A DNA stretch of 64,000 bases, taken from positions 99,820 to 163,819 of the forward strand of contig DVFL01000023.1 in assembly GCA_018713255.1 (NCBI GenBank), read 5' to 3'. The notes beneath the pieces are model-generated. The model made no database searches. It was not told the DNA's origin and worked only from the letters and a program-made list of their open reading frames with translations. The first letter of the stretch is position 1. Each line of letters begins with the position of its first letter. Below are positions 38,154-47,243 of the stretch, one piece after another. The DNA comes from Candidatus Cottocaccamicrobium excrementipullorum. Its GTDB lineage: Bacteria; Bacillota; Clostridia; Lachnospirales; Lachnospiraceae. The position numbers and the translations under genes are program-made.

Positions 38154-39113
38154 ATGGCAGAGTATGATTTAAATGATGATTTAATTCCTGTCTTTCTGAT
38201 TAATGGGTTTTTGGAGGCGGGAAAGACTCAGTTTCTTCAGTTTACCATGGCTCAGGACTACTTTCAGACAGAGGGAAAGACGCTGCTGATTGTGTGCGAG
38301 GAAGGCGATACAGAATATGATGAAGATCTTCTTAAGCGCACGAAAACCAGCGTGGTTTATATCGATGAATTGAAAAAACTGACTCCGGAATATTTGACAG
38401 AGCTTGAACTTTTAAATAATCCGGAGCGGGTGCTGATTGAGTGGAACGGCATGTGGAACCAGGATGAGCTTAAGCTGCCGAAGGATTGGAGCATTTACCA
38501 GCAGATCACGATTCTGGACGGCTCAACGCTGAATCTTTATATTGCCAATATGAAGCCTCTTTTAGGGGCCATGCTGCGGAACTCTGAGCTGGTGATTTGT
38601 AATCGCTGCGACGGCATTTCGGATGAAATGCTGACCAGTTATCGGAGAACAATCCGGGCAATGTGCCAGAACGGTCAGCTGGTGCTGGAGGATAAAGACG
38701 GCGAAATTCAGCAGGAGATGCTGGAGGAAGATCTGCCTTATGATGTTAATGCAGAGGTGATTCAGATCCAGCCGGAAGATTTTGGAATCTGGTATTTTGA
38801 TTGTATGGATGTGCCGGAACGGTATGTGGGAAAAACGGTAGAATTTACTGGAATGGTGTTAAAATCTCCGGATTTCCCCAAAAACTATTTCGTGCCAGGC
38901 CGGATGGCGATGACATGCTGCGAGGCGGATATGACCTTCATCGGCTATATCTGCAAGGCCAGAGAGGCCCGCAATCTGGAAACCAGACAGTGGGTGCATG
39001 TGAAAGCAAAGGTGGCCTACGAGTATTGGAAAGATTATGGAGACAAGGGACCGGTGCTCTATGCAGAAAGCGTGGAGCCTGCCCAGGAGATTAAAGAATA
39101 CGTACAGTTCTAG
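38154..39113 (+). CDS. Second COG0523-like P-loop protein fused to a DUF1980/TIGR03943-like C-terminal domain
   Basis: N-terminus INGFLEAGKTQF (GxxxxGKT retained) but no CxCC motif or His tract. C-terminus GKTVEFTGMV...PGRMAMTCCEADMTFIGY...WVHVKAKV resembles the CC-x-x-D domain of TIGR03943 proteins (from memory). Confidence 0.6.
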   Translation: MAEYDLNDDLIPVFLINGFLEAGKTQFLQFTMAQDYFQTEGKTLLIVCEEGDTEYDEDLLKRTKTSVVYIDELKKLTPEYLTELELLNNPERVLIEWNGMWNQDELKLPKDWSIYQQITILDGSTLNLYIANMKPLLGAMLRNSELVICNRCDGISDEMLTSYRRTIRAMCQNGQLVLEDKDGEIQQEMLEEDLPYDVNAEVIQIQPEDFGIWYFDCMDVPERYVGKTVEFTGMVLKSPDFPKNYFVPGRMAMTCCEADMTFIGYICKAREARNLETRQWVHVKAKVAYEYWKDYGDKGPVLYAESVEPAQEIKEYVQF

Positions 39114-39116
39114 CAG

Positions 39117-39162
39117 AAAGCAGGGGTTAACTCCTTTTTACGGCGGAGTCCCCTGCTTTTTT
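39117..39162 (+). terminator. Rho-independent terminator of the zinc operon
   Basis: AAAGCAGGGG ... CCCCTGCTTT with inner ACTCC/GGAGT pairing, followed by TTTT. Confidence 0.7.
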
Positions 39163-39256
39163 CACATCCGAGAAAAGATTAAAAAAATTTGAGGAAATGG
39201 AAATATTTGCGCAAGGATTTTGTAAGGAGCTTTCATTGTATTTATAGGGATGATAA

Positions 39257-39496
39257 GGTATAATGACTGCGAAGCAGGCATTATACCAGCGCCGGTTCGC
39301 GTCGAACAAAGTGAGACAGACGCCTTGGCGAACCGTGCGCATCCCCCGGAGGGATACCATGTTTTCGCTAAAACATGGTATAATGACTGCGAAGCAGGCA
39401 TTATACCAGCGTCGGTTCGCGTCGAACAAAGTGAGACAGACGCCTTGGCGAACCGTGCGCATCCCCCGGAGGGATACCATGTTTTAGCGAAAACGA
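39257..39496. repeat. Exact-period tandem duplication (2 x 120 bp) of a highly structured element of unknown function
   Basis: 39257-39374 aligns to 39377-39494 with 3 mismatches (39292/39412, 39366/39486, 39369/39489). Each unit folds into three consecutive hairpins and begins with GGTATAATG (a TATAAT box). Confidence 0.9.
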
Positions 39497-39528
39497 AGGA
39501 ATACAGAGTGAAATTGAGGAATCATTGA

Positions 39529-41154
39529 ATGGATGAAAAGAACTATGAAGATATTTTAAAGCGTCGTCAGGAACGCTGGAAAGATGAGAAAAAGCGCCGC
39601 AGAAAGAAAGTATTGCTGATCTACGGATTGATTTTAATTGTTGTGGCAGGGGCGGGAATTGCCGGAGCGGGACTCTGGCGCCGGCACAGCATGTCAAACT
39701 CTGAAACATCCGGAAAGGAAAAGCAGGAAAGCAGCAGTGAACAGGATCCACAGAAAGAGGAGAGCGCAAAAACTCCAGGAAAGATTCTGGCCTGGATTGG
39801 AAATCTCCTTGCTCCGGAGGAGAAGGGAATCTTGGAGGGACCGCTGGCCTTTTTTGAATCTCAGCAGGATGAGGAGGCAGATTCAAAAAAAGGAGAAAGT
39901 GCTGAAGACGCCGGGGAGAAAGAACCGGAAGAGGGAGAAACGGGGCCAGACCTGTCGACAGAGGAAGGCCGCCTTGAGGATCTTTTGACCAGGGCGGAGA
40001 ATTTGGCGGCGGGCTATGATTACGAAGGGGCGATTTCTTTGCTCCAGGAAAATGAAGAATTTTCTGAAAATCCAGAGGTTGTTTCAGCGGCAGAAAGCTA
40101 TGAAAGCACGATGGAAGGCTTGGTTGAGCAGGATGTTACTCAGATTACCCATGTGTTTTTTCATTCATTGATTATTGATCCGGAAAAAGCGTTTGACGGA
40201 GACAGCGATTCTAAAGGGTATAATCAGGTGATGACCACCAAGGATGAATTCCTGAAAATCCTCAATGAAATGTACCGCAAAGGATATGTTTTAGTCCGTC
40301 TTCATGATCTTGCTCATGAGGAAACGGGAGAGGACGGCGTTACCCGTATGGTTAAAGGAAAAATTATGCTTCCTGAAGGCAAAAAGGCGTTTGTAATGTC
40401 TCAGGATGATTTATGTTATTATCCTTACATGGATGGGGACGGATTTGCCCGGCGGATAATCATTGGGAAAAATGGAAAGCCAACCTGTGAGATGGTAATG
40501 GATGATGGGACAGTAGCGACGGGGGATTATGACCTGGTTCCCATTCTGGAGCGTTTCATTGAAGAACACCCGGATTTTTCCTATAAAGGGGCCAGGGCGG
40601 TGCTGGCCTTTACAGGATACGAGGGAATTTTAGGCTATCGGACGGCTTCTTCCTATCAGGACAGCCCCACGTACGAAGAAGACTGCAGGCAGGCGGCCCA
40701 GGTGGCCCAATGCCTTCGGGATAACGGCTGGGAGCTGGCGTCTCACAGCTGGGGACACCGGTATCTGGGGCAGCTGGATATTGAAAGCTTTAAAACAGAT
40801 ACGGATAAATGGGAGGCCGAGGTAGAGTCATTGATCGGCCCCACCGATATTATCCTGTATCCTTTTGGAGATGATATCTCCGACTGGCATAATTATACCG
40901 AGGATAATGAAAAGTACGAGTACCTGCGGGAGAAGGGCTTCCGGTATTTCTGTACCGTGGACTCCAGCCCATACTGGGTGCAGATAGGGGATGATTATCT
41001 GCGCCAGGGCAGACGTAATTTGGACGGGTACCGGATGTGGCAGGATATTGCTGCGGCTCAGGAAGGGGGAAGCGGGGTTCGCAGGCTGGATGATTTATTC
41101 CGGGCAGAGGATGTATTTGATCCGGCAAGACCTACCCCTGTGGTGTGGAATTAA
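39529..41154 (+). CDS. Membrane-anchored polysaccharide deacetylase family protein
   Basis: N-terminal TM (VLLIYGLILIVVAGAGIAGAGLW), acidic linker, and a C-terminal NodB-like region with ELASHSWGH. Confidence 0.75.
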   Translation: MDEKNYEDILKRRQERWKDEKKRRRKKVLLIYGLILIVVAGAGIAGAGLWRRHSMSNSETSGKEKQESSSEQDPQKEESAKTPGKILAWIGNLLAPEEKGILEGPLAFFESQQDEEADSKKGESAEDAGEKEPEEGETGPDLSTEEGRLEDLLTRAENLAAGYDYEGAISLLQENEEFSENPEVVSAAESYESTMEGLVEQDVTQITHVFFHSLIIDPEKAFDGDSDSKGYNQVMTTKDEFLKILNEMYRKGYVLVRLHDLAHEETGEDGVTRMVKGKIMLPEGKKAFVMSQDDLCYYPYMDGDGFARRIIIGKNGKPTCEMVMDDGTVATGDYDLVPILERFIEEHPDFSYKGARAVLAFTGYEGILGYRTASSYQDSPTYEEDCRQAAQVAQCLRDNGWELASHSWGHRYLGQLDIESFKTDTDKWEAEVESLIGPTDIILYPFGDDISDWHNYTEDNEKYEYLREKGFRYFCTVDSSPYWVQIGDDYLRQGRRNLDGYRMWQDIAAAQEGGSGVRRLDDLFRAEDVFDPARPTPVVWN

Positions 41155-42436
41155 GGGAAGGAACCTGGCTTGTGATCAGGAAAAGGCGTGCCAGGTCTTC
41201 CCAGTAATCAGGAAAAGCCGCCTTTTTGATCTCTTCTTGAAAGCAGACGGGAAGGCGGCCGATTTCTTCGCCGTTCAGCCGGTAGACCAGCCATCCAGCC
41301 TGGTCGCCGGCGGCAACGGGAGCTTCGGCATATTCCTGAAGGATCAGCTCTTTTTCAATTCCAGAGAAGTCTTCTCCCTGGGTGCCAAGGTAAGAGAAGC
41401 TGCCTTCATAAGCTAAAGGCGCGTGATCCTTTTTGCCGTTTCGAACCGGCATCAGAGGAAGAACCGGCATCTCTTCATCCTGATAGAGACGGCAGCGGGA
41501 GAATCCGTAATTTAACATTACGACAGCATCATTAAACCGGGCTTTATAATCTGGGGCAGCCATGACTGCGGCAATGAGCCGGACGCCGTCTTTTTCGGCG
41601 GTGCCGGAAAAACAATACTTGGCCAGGGAGGTGGAGCCGGTTTTCAGGCCGGTAACGGTAAAGTTTACGGCCATTTTTAACAGCTTGTTGGTGTTGGACA
41701 ATCCGAATTCTTTCGATCCCTGAGCAGTATTGTGGGTGATGGTGTCCATCCAAATGGTGGAGTATTGCTGGATCTCCGGATATTGGTTGATTAATTCCCG
41801 GCTCATGAGAGCGATGTCCCGGGCGGTAGTCACATGGGTCAAAGAATTGGTAAGGCCGCAGCAGTCTTCAAAATGAGTATTCTTCATTCCAAGGCCCGCT
41901 GCCCGCTCGTTCATTCTGCGGACAAATTCTTCCTCGCTGCCGGCGATATATTCTGCCATGGCTACAGAGGCATCGTTTCCTGAGGCAATAACGATGCATT
42001 TAATCAGGGCTTCTACGGTCTGGATCTCTCCTTCTTCCAAAAAGACCTGGGAACCGCCCATGGATTTGGCATAGGCGCTGGTGGTAACCGGGTCGGTTAA
42101 TTGGATTTCACCGGAGTGAATTGCGTCGAAAATTAAGATCAGCGTCATAATTTTGGTAATGCTGGCGGGGCTTCTTGGCTCGTCGGCATTTTTTTCGTAG
42201 AGCACCTGTCCGGTGGAAGCTTCCATCAAAAGAGCAGAAGGAGCCTGGATCTGGGCGTCAAGGGAAGAGGCTGCAGCAGAAGCGTTGGCCAAAACTGCTT
42301 CTCCAGGCTGGCCGGCCAGGTCGGGAGAGGAAAAGTTTTCGGCTCCGTAGACCGGCAGAGAGAAGGAGAAAGCAGAAAGACCGGGGGAGGAAAAGACAAG
42401 AATCAGGGAGAGAAAAGAGACAAGCCATACTTTCAT
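41132..42436 (-). CDS. D-alanyl-D-alanine carboxypeptidase (serine-type, PBP5/DacB-like with C-terminal domain)
   Basis: Signal peptide, SPASITKIMT (SxxK), ASGND (SxN) and LKTGST (KTG). Confidence 0.85.
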   Translation of the reverse strand: MKVWLVSFLSLILVFSSPGLSAFSFSLPVYGAENFSSPDLAGQPGEAVLANASAAASSLDAQIQAPSALLMEASTGQVLYEKNADEPRSPASITKIMTLILIFDAIHSGEIQLTDPVTTSAYAKSMGGSQVFLEEGEIQTVEALIKCIVIASGNDASVAMAEYIAGSEEEFVRRMNERAAGLGMKNTHFEDCCGLTNSLTHVTTARDIALMSRELINQYPEIQQYSTIWMDTITHNTAQGSKEFGLSNTNKLLKMAVNFTVTGLKTGSTSLAKYCFSGTAEKDGVRLIAAVMAAPDYKARFNDAVVMLNYGFSRCRLYQDEEMPVLPLMPVRNGKKDHAPLAYEGSFSYLGTQGEDFSGIEKELILQEYAEAPVAAGDQAGWLVYRLNGEEIGRLPVCFQEEIKKAAFPDYWEDLARLFLITSQVPSLNSTPQG

Positions 42437-42641
42437 AAGGATTCCTCGAGGGGAAGGTTCTCTTTCTAATTTATGAGCGCCAGGCAGATTTATGCCGGAG
42501 AAGAAGGCTGAAGGAGGAGTTATCGCCGGCGCGTAAAAAGAATGACAGAAAATTGTAAACAGTTGATGAAAAAAAATCCGTTATTTTATGGTATACTTTT
42601 TATCAAAGTTATTTTGAAGCATAAAATACGGAGGAAATACA

Positions 42642-43667
42642 ATGAGAAAGATAAATCGTCTATTATGTGCAGCGGCAGCTGCTGTTCTCCTTGGCGCCAA
42701 TACAGCCCAGGCGGCTGTCATTATTGTTCCGCCAAATCCCCTTACGGCGGCAACGGAAAACACAAGTGCCAGCCAGATAATCAGCCAGGGGCCTGGGGCC
42801 GAGCTTTTGCAGAACACCCAAAGCCAGACTTCCCAGACAGAGCAGGTCCAGCAGTCCTTAGAAGGAACGGTGTTTGCTGGATCATCCACCATTGCAGCGC
42901 CTGTGGTGGAGGCTGAGGGAGCGGTGCTGTTAAACTGCAATACCGGTCAGATCCTTTATGAGAAGAATTCTTCCGTCCAGTTTTATCCTGCCAGCATTAC
43001 TAAGCTGATGACCGCTCTTTTAACGGCGGAAAACTGCAGTTTAAGTGACGTTGTTACTTTTTCTGAGGCTGCTACCACCAATCTGGAATCGGGAGCGGTT
43101 ACCATCAATCTTACTGCAGGAGATCAGCTTACGGTTGAGCAGTGCCTGTATGCCTTGCTTTTAAAATCTGCCAATGAGGTGGCCAATGGTCTGGCAGAGC
43201 ACATTTCTGGCTCAGTTTCCGGATTTGCTGATCTGATGAACCAGAGGGCGGCGGCTTTGGGCTGTACAGGTACCCATTTCGCCAATCCTAATGGATTGAA
43301 TGACAGCACCCATGTGACCACTCCCTATGATATGGCTTTGATCGCCCGGGCAGCTTATGCTAATCCTGTGGTGGCTCAGGTGTCCTCCGCCCTTTCTTAT
43401 GAAATTCCTGCCACGCAGAAAGCAGGGGCACGTCAGGTGACCATGGGGCACAAGATGCTTTATCCCACGGATTCCCGGTATTATCAGGGAATTGTAGGCG
43501 GGAAAACCGGCTATACCTCGAAGGCGGGCAATACATTGGTGACTTGCGTGGAACGGGACGGTCTTCGGCTGATTGCCGTGGTAATGAAGGCCAGCGGAAC
43601 CCATTACACCGATACGAAGGCCATGCTTGACTATGGATTTGCGCTGGCTCAAAACGGAGAGATTTGA
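42642..43667 (+). CDS. D-alanyl-D-alanine carboxypeptidase (shorter paralog)
   Basis: Signal peptide, YPASITKLMT (SxxK), SANE (SxN) and GKTGYT (KTG). Confidence 0.85.
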   Translation: MRKINRLLCAAAAAVLLGANTAQAAVIIVPPNPLTAATENTSASQIISQGPGAELLQNTQSQTSQTEQVQQSLEGTVFAGSSTIAAPVVEAEGAVLLNCNTGQILYEKNSSVQFYPASITKLMTALLTAENCSLSDVVTFSEAATTNLESGAVTINLTAGDQLTVEQCLYALLLKSANEVANGLAEHISGSVSGFADLMNQRAAALGCTGTHFANPNGLNDSTHVTTPYDMALIARAAYANPVVAQVSSALSYEIPATQKAGARQVTMGHKMLYPTDSRYYQGIVGGKTGYTSKAGNTLVTCVERDGLRLIAVVMKASGTHYTDTKAMLDYGFALAQNGEI

Positions 43668-43816
43668 ACATCGGCGGCAGGAACGTCACAGTAAGCAGCT
43701 TGCGCCGCAGGATGTTTCACAATATTTTCAGAGATATTAAAGGTTCAGTAAAGCTTTCTCCCTTATCATATTGCTGTGAGATGAAATATCTGCCGGCAGG
43801 CAGAAAGGAGAGGCTT

Positions 43817-45037
43817 ATGGAAAAAGTAATTGCATTAAACAGAAAAGAATGGGCGGAGAAGATCCGCCGCAGCGCATGGGCCTGTACCCTTATTCTGGCA
43901 GTGCTCTTGATGCTTCTCATGGGAGCAAGAAGAACATACGGAGCAGGGGGCCTGGAGCTTAACACGGATTATCCTGGCATTTCAGTAAAGCCGGGAGATA
44001 CTTTGAGCATTGGACTTACCTTGGAAAATGCTACGGGAACGGGGCTGGATGCAGATGTATCCATTACCTCCCTGCCTGAAGGATGGGAAGCCTATCTTCA
44101 GGGCGGAAGCTATGAGGTAAGCCGGGTACATGTGAACAGCGGCGGGGAAGGAACGAATCTTACCCTTCATGTGACGGTGCCGGGAGAACTGACTGAGGGA
44201 ACTTACCAGGCAGTGGTTCAGGCATCGGCAGGGGAAGGCGTTTCTGACACTCTGCCCATTACTTTTGAAGTGAGTCAGGTAAATGCAGGCAAGGGCAGCT
44301 TTACCTCTGAGTATCCGGAGCAGGAGGGACCTTCAGGAACCAGCTTCAGCTTCAGCACCACATTGATCAACAACGGTCTGAAGAATCAGTCCTACAGTTT
44401 GTCTTCTAATGCACCGGCAGGCTGGAACGTTAGTTTTACTCCATCTGGGGAAAGCACTACAGTGGCAGGCATTGAGGTAGAACCCAGCCAGAGCCAGGGA
44501 CTGACGGTAGACGTAAAGCCGCCGGAAGGAATTGAGGCAGGAGAGTATGCTATTTCCTGCAGCGCAGTTTCTGCAGACGAAACGCTGAGTACGGATCTGA
44601 CGGTGGTGATTACCGGTACATACGGCATTACTGTAAGCACCCCTGACGGCAGGCTGAGCTTTGACGCTCATGCTAATCAGACATCAGATTTGACGCTGAA
44701 TGTAACCAATACTGGAAATGTGGATCTGACCAATGTTTCACTGACGTCTTCTCTTCCTTCTGGATGGACGTCAACCTTTGAGCTGGAGGACAACACCATT
44801 GAATCCATTCCTGCAGGGAGCACTACCCAGGTGATTGTTCATGTTACGCCGGACGCCGATGCCATTACCGGAGATTACGCAGCTTCCTTTACTGCATCCT
44901 GTGAGGAGACCAGCGCTTCTGCAGACTTTAGGGTGTCAGTAAAAACCAGTACTGTCTGGGGTATTGTGGCCATTGTGATTATCCTTTGTACTGTGGGAGG
45001 CGTAGGTTATGTGTTCCGCAAGTACGGCAGACGTTAG
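43817..45037 (+). CDS. Secreted, C-terminally anchored protein with repeated NEW3/CARDB-like beta-sandwich domains (COG1470-like)
   Basis: Signal/TM, then four repeats of the pattern 'G.s..l.l.v.N.G...l..v.l....P.GW....' and a C-terminal TM (VWGIVAIVIILCTVGGVGYVF). ATG at 43817 follows AAAGGAGAGG. Confidence 0.65.
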   Translation: MEKVIALNRKEWAEKIRRSAWACTLILAVLLMLLMGARRTYGAGGLELNTDYPGISVKPGDTLSIGLTLENATGTGLDADVSITSLPEGWEAYLQGGSYEVSRVHVNSGGEGTNLTLHVTVPGELTEGTYQAVVQASAGEGVSDTLPITFEVSQVNAGKGSFTSEYPEQEGPSGTSFSFSTTLINNGLKNQSYSLSSNAPAGWNVSFTPSGESTTVAGIEVEPSQSQGLTVDVKPPEGIEAGEYAISCSAVSADETLSTDLTVVITGTYGITVSTPDGRLSFDAHANQTSDLTLNVTNTGNVDLTNVSLTSSLPSGWTSTFELEDNTIESIPAGSTTQVIVHVTPDADAITGDYAASFTASCEETSASADFRVSVKTSTVWGIVAIVIILCTVGGVGYVFRKYGRR

Positions 45038-45069
45038 TCTGAAGAGAAGCCGGAAAGGAGGAAGAAAAA

Positions 45070-46077
45070 GTGGCAGAGGAAGAATACATGATCCGGACGG
45101 AACAGCTGACAAAGCTGTACGGGGAAAAACGGGCGGTAGATAATCTGAATCTGGAGATCCGGAAAGGCGAAATCTTCGGGCTGCTGGGGCCTAACGGAGC
45201 AGGAAAAACCACTACAACGCTGATGCTTTTGGGGCTGACGGAACCCACAGAAGGACGGGCGTGGATTAACGGCCGGGACTGCACCAGAGAACCGATTGCC
45301 GTAAAGCGAATGGTAGGCTATCTGCCGGACAATGTGGGATTTTATGCAGATATGACCGGAAGAGAAAATCTTCGCTTTACCGGGCAGCTAAACGGCCTTC
45401 CGAAAGAGGTGATTGAAGCCAGGGCGGAGGATCTGCTCAATAAAGTGGGCATGGCCAAGGCGGCTGATCAGCGTACCGGAACCTATTCTCGAGGGATGCG
45501 TCAGCGGCTGGGAATTGCAGATGTGCTGATGAAGGATCCAGATGTGGTGATTATGGATGAGCCTACCTTGGGAATCGACCCGGAAGGCATGCGGGAGTTA
45601 ATGGAGTTAATCCGAAAGCTGGCAACAGAGGAAGGAAGGACGATTCTGATTTCCTCCCATCAGCTTTATCAGATTCAGCAGATTTGCGACCGGGTAGGGT
45701 TGTTTGTAGAGGGGAAGTTAATCGCCTGCGGCCGGATCGAGGAGCTGGCAGCCCAGACCAGCAAGGAAGGAAGCTGTGTTCTGGAAACTGCTGCTATTCC
45801 CAACGACGCCGGATACGGAAAGCTTCTGGAAAGCTTGTCCAACGTGGACCGGGTGGAGAGAAAGGGAGATTATTTTGTGGTAGAATCTCATACGGATGTA
45901 CGCCGGGAGTTAAACCGCCGGGCCTTAGAGGCAGGATATACCATTGCTCATCTGCGCCAGCGGGGAGATGATCTGGATGAAATCTACCGCAGATATTTTG
46001 AGAAGGGAGATGAGAAAAATGACGGCATCGATTCTGGAAAAGGCAAAGGATTCCTTCCGCGCCGGAAAAAAGAATGA
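45070..46077 (+). CDS. ABC transporter ATP-binding protein (ABC-2/NosF-type, with C-terminal extension)
   Basis: Walker A GPNGAGKTT, signature YSRGMRQRL, Walker B VIMDEPT. Start is GTG at 45070 or ATG at 45088. Confidence 0.85.
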   Translation: MAEEEYMIRTEQLTKLYGEKRAVDNLNLEIRKGEIFGLLGPNGAGKTTTTLMLLGLTEPTEGRAWINGRDCTREPIAVKRMVGYLPDNVGFYADMTGRENLRFTGQLNGLPKEVIEARAEDLLNKVGMAKAADQRTGTYSRGMRQRLGIADVLMKDPDVVIMDEPTLGIDPEGMRELMELIRKLATEEGRTILISSHQLYQIQQICDRVGLFVEGKLIACGRIEELAAQTSKEGSCVLETAAIPNDAGYGKLLESLSNVDRVERKGDYFVVESHTDVRRELNRRALEAGYTIAHLRQRGDDLDEIYRRYFEKGDEKNDGIDSGKGKGFLPRRKKE

Positions 46078-47035
46078 GGAAAAGCCGGCAGGCAGCTTAA
46101 CCGGCCTGGGAGCGCTGTACCGCAAGGAAATGGCGGATCACATCCGCAGCAAGCGGTTCATGATCGTCCTGGCATTGATTGTGCTTACCAGCTGTGCCAG
46201 CATATACGGTGCGCTCACCAGTCTTCCTGAGGCGGTGGAATCTGATCCCAACTATATTTTCCTTAAGCTGTTTACCTTAAGCGGGAATTCCATTCCTTCT
46301 TTTACTTCCTTTATCGCCCTTCTTGGTCCTTTTGTGGGGCTGACTCTGGGCTTTGACGCTATTAACAGTGAACGGTCAGAGGGAACCTTAAACCGGCTGG
46401 TAGCTCAGCCGATCTACCGTGATGCAGTGATCAACGGAAAATTTCTGGCTGGCGCAGCGATTATTTTTCTGATGGTATTTGCCATGGGTTTGATCATCGG
46501 CGCGGTGGGACTGTTAGTATCAGGAATCCTTCCTTCAGCAGAAGAGGTGGGAAGAGTGGTGGTGCTGCTGGTTTTCACCTGGGTGTATATTTGCTTTTGG
46601 CTGGCTTTATCGATCTTTTTTTCCGTGGTTTGCCGTCATGCGGCCACATCGGCCATGGCGGTAATTGCTCTCTGGATTTTCTTTGCGTTGTTTATGTCCC
46701 TGGTGGTCAGCATTCTGACCAACCTGCTGACCCCTATGTTCCAGGTCAATACGGTAGGTGACTTGCTGGATGTTTACAATCTCCAGCTGAATTTAAACCG
46801 TCTGTCTCCTTATTATCTTTACAGCGAGGCAGTATCTACCATTATGAACCCCTCGGTGAGAACCACCAATATCATTTTGCCTCAGCAGCTTTCTGGAGCA
46901 GTGAGTGGTTACCTTTCTCTTGGCCAGAGCCTTCTTTTGGTGTGGCCTCATCTTACCGGGCTGTTTGCATTGACGGCGATTGCATTTGCCGCGTCGTACA
47001 TCAGCTTTATGCGCCGGGAGATTAGAAGCCGGTAA
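46019..47035 (+). CDS. ABC-2 type transporter permease
   Basis: Polytopic membrane protein following the ATPase. ATG at 46019 is preferred (GGGAG 9 nt upstream). That start overlaps the ATPase gene by 59 nt. Confidence 0.7.
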   Translation: MTASILEKAKDSFRAGKKNEEKPAGSLTGLGALYRKEMADHIRSKRFMIVLALIVLTSCASIYGALTSLPEAVESDPNYIFLKLFTLSGNSIPSFTSFIALLGPFVGLTLGFDAINSERSEGTLNRLVAQPIYRDAVINGKFLAGAAIIFLMVFAMGLIIGAVGLLVSGILPSAEEVGRVVVLLVFTWVYICFWLALSIFFSVVCRHAATSAMAVIALWIFFALFMSLVVSILTNLLTPMFQVNTVGDLLDVYNLQLNLNRLSPYYLYSEAVSTIMNPSVRTTNIILPQQLSGAVSGYLSLGQSLLLVWPHLTGLFALTAIAFAASYISFMRREIRSR

Positions 47036-47104
47036 AAAAGCAGTTTTTCTATGGAAGACCTGCAGCTGCCTTAAACGGCTGCCTGGAGATTATGAAATAA
47101 GTGT

Positions 47105-47171
47105 GAAATCCATCTGCATTCTCTTGCATTTCCCCTTAAAATGCATGAAAATACAGATGGATTTTATTTTT
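47105..47171 (+). terminator. Putative terminator after the ABC cluster
   Basis: GAAATCCATCTG ... CAGATGGATTT with an inner TGCATT/AATGCA stem, followed by TATTTTT. Confidence 0.5.
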
Positions 47172-47243
47172 GTGCCAAAAAAGGACGCTATACTTTTCAT
47201 GGCAGGTTTAGATGAACTACATTAGGGACAGAGGTGAAGAGGA

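Noticed and set aside
39257-39496. Assignment of the repeat unit to a known riboswitch or ribozyme class (TPP, ykkC/guanidine, ZTP, ydaO/c-di-AMP, c-di-GMP, hammerhead, group II domain 5)
   Set aside because: Only scattered short similarities from memory (e.g. ATACCAGCG, CCCGGAGGGA). Order and spacing do not fit any consensus I know, so it is left as unknown pending a covariance-model search.
39127-39528. ORFs (117, 79, 92 and 74 aa) spanning the tandem repeat; also the idea that the repeat is a CRISPR array
   Set aside because: - The ORFs have internally duplicated peptides produced by the 120-bp duplication, and no RBS.
- The repeat is not CRISPR: it has only two directly abutting long copies, no spacers and no cas genes.
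41132-41154. 23-bp convergent overlap of the deacetylase and DD-carboxypeptidase 3' ends as a regulatory feature
   Set aside because: Short convergent overlaps are common and no structure was evident. It may simply reflect non-conserved C-terminal tails.
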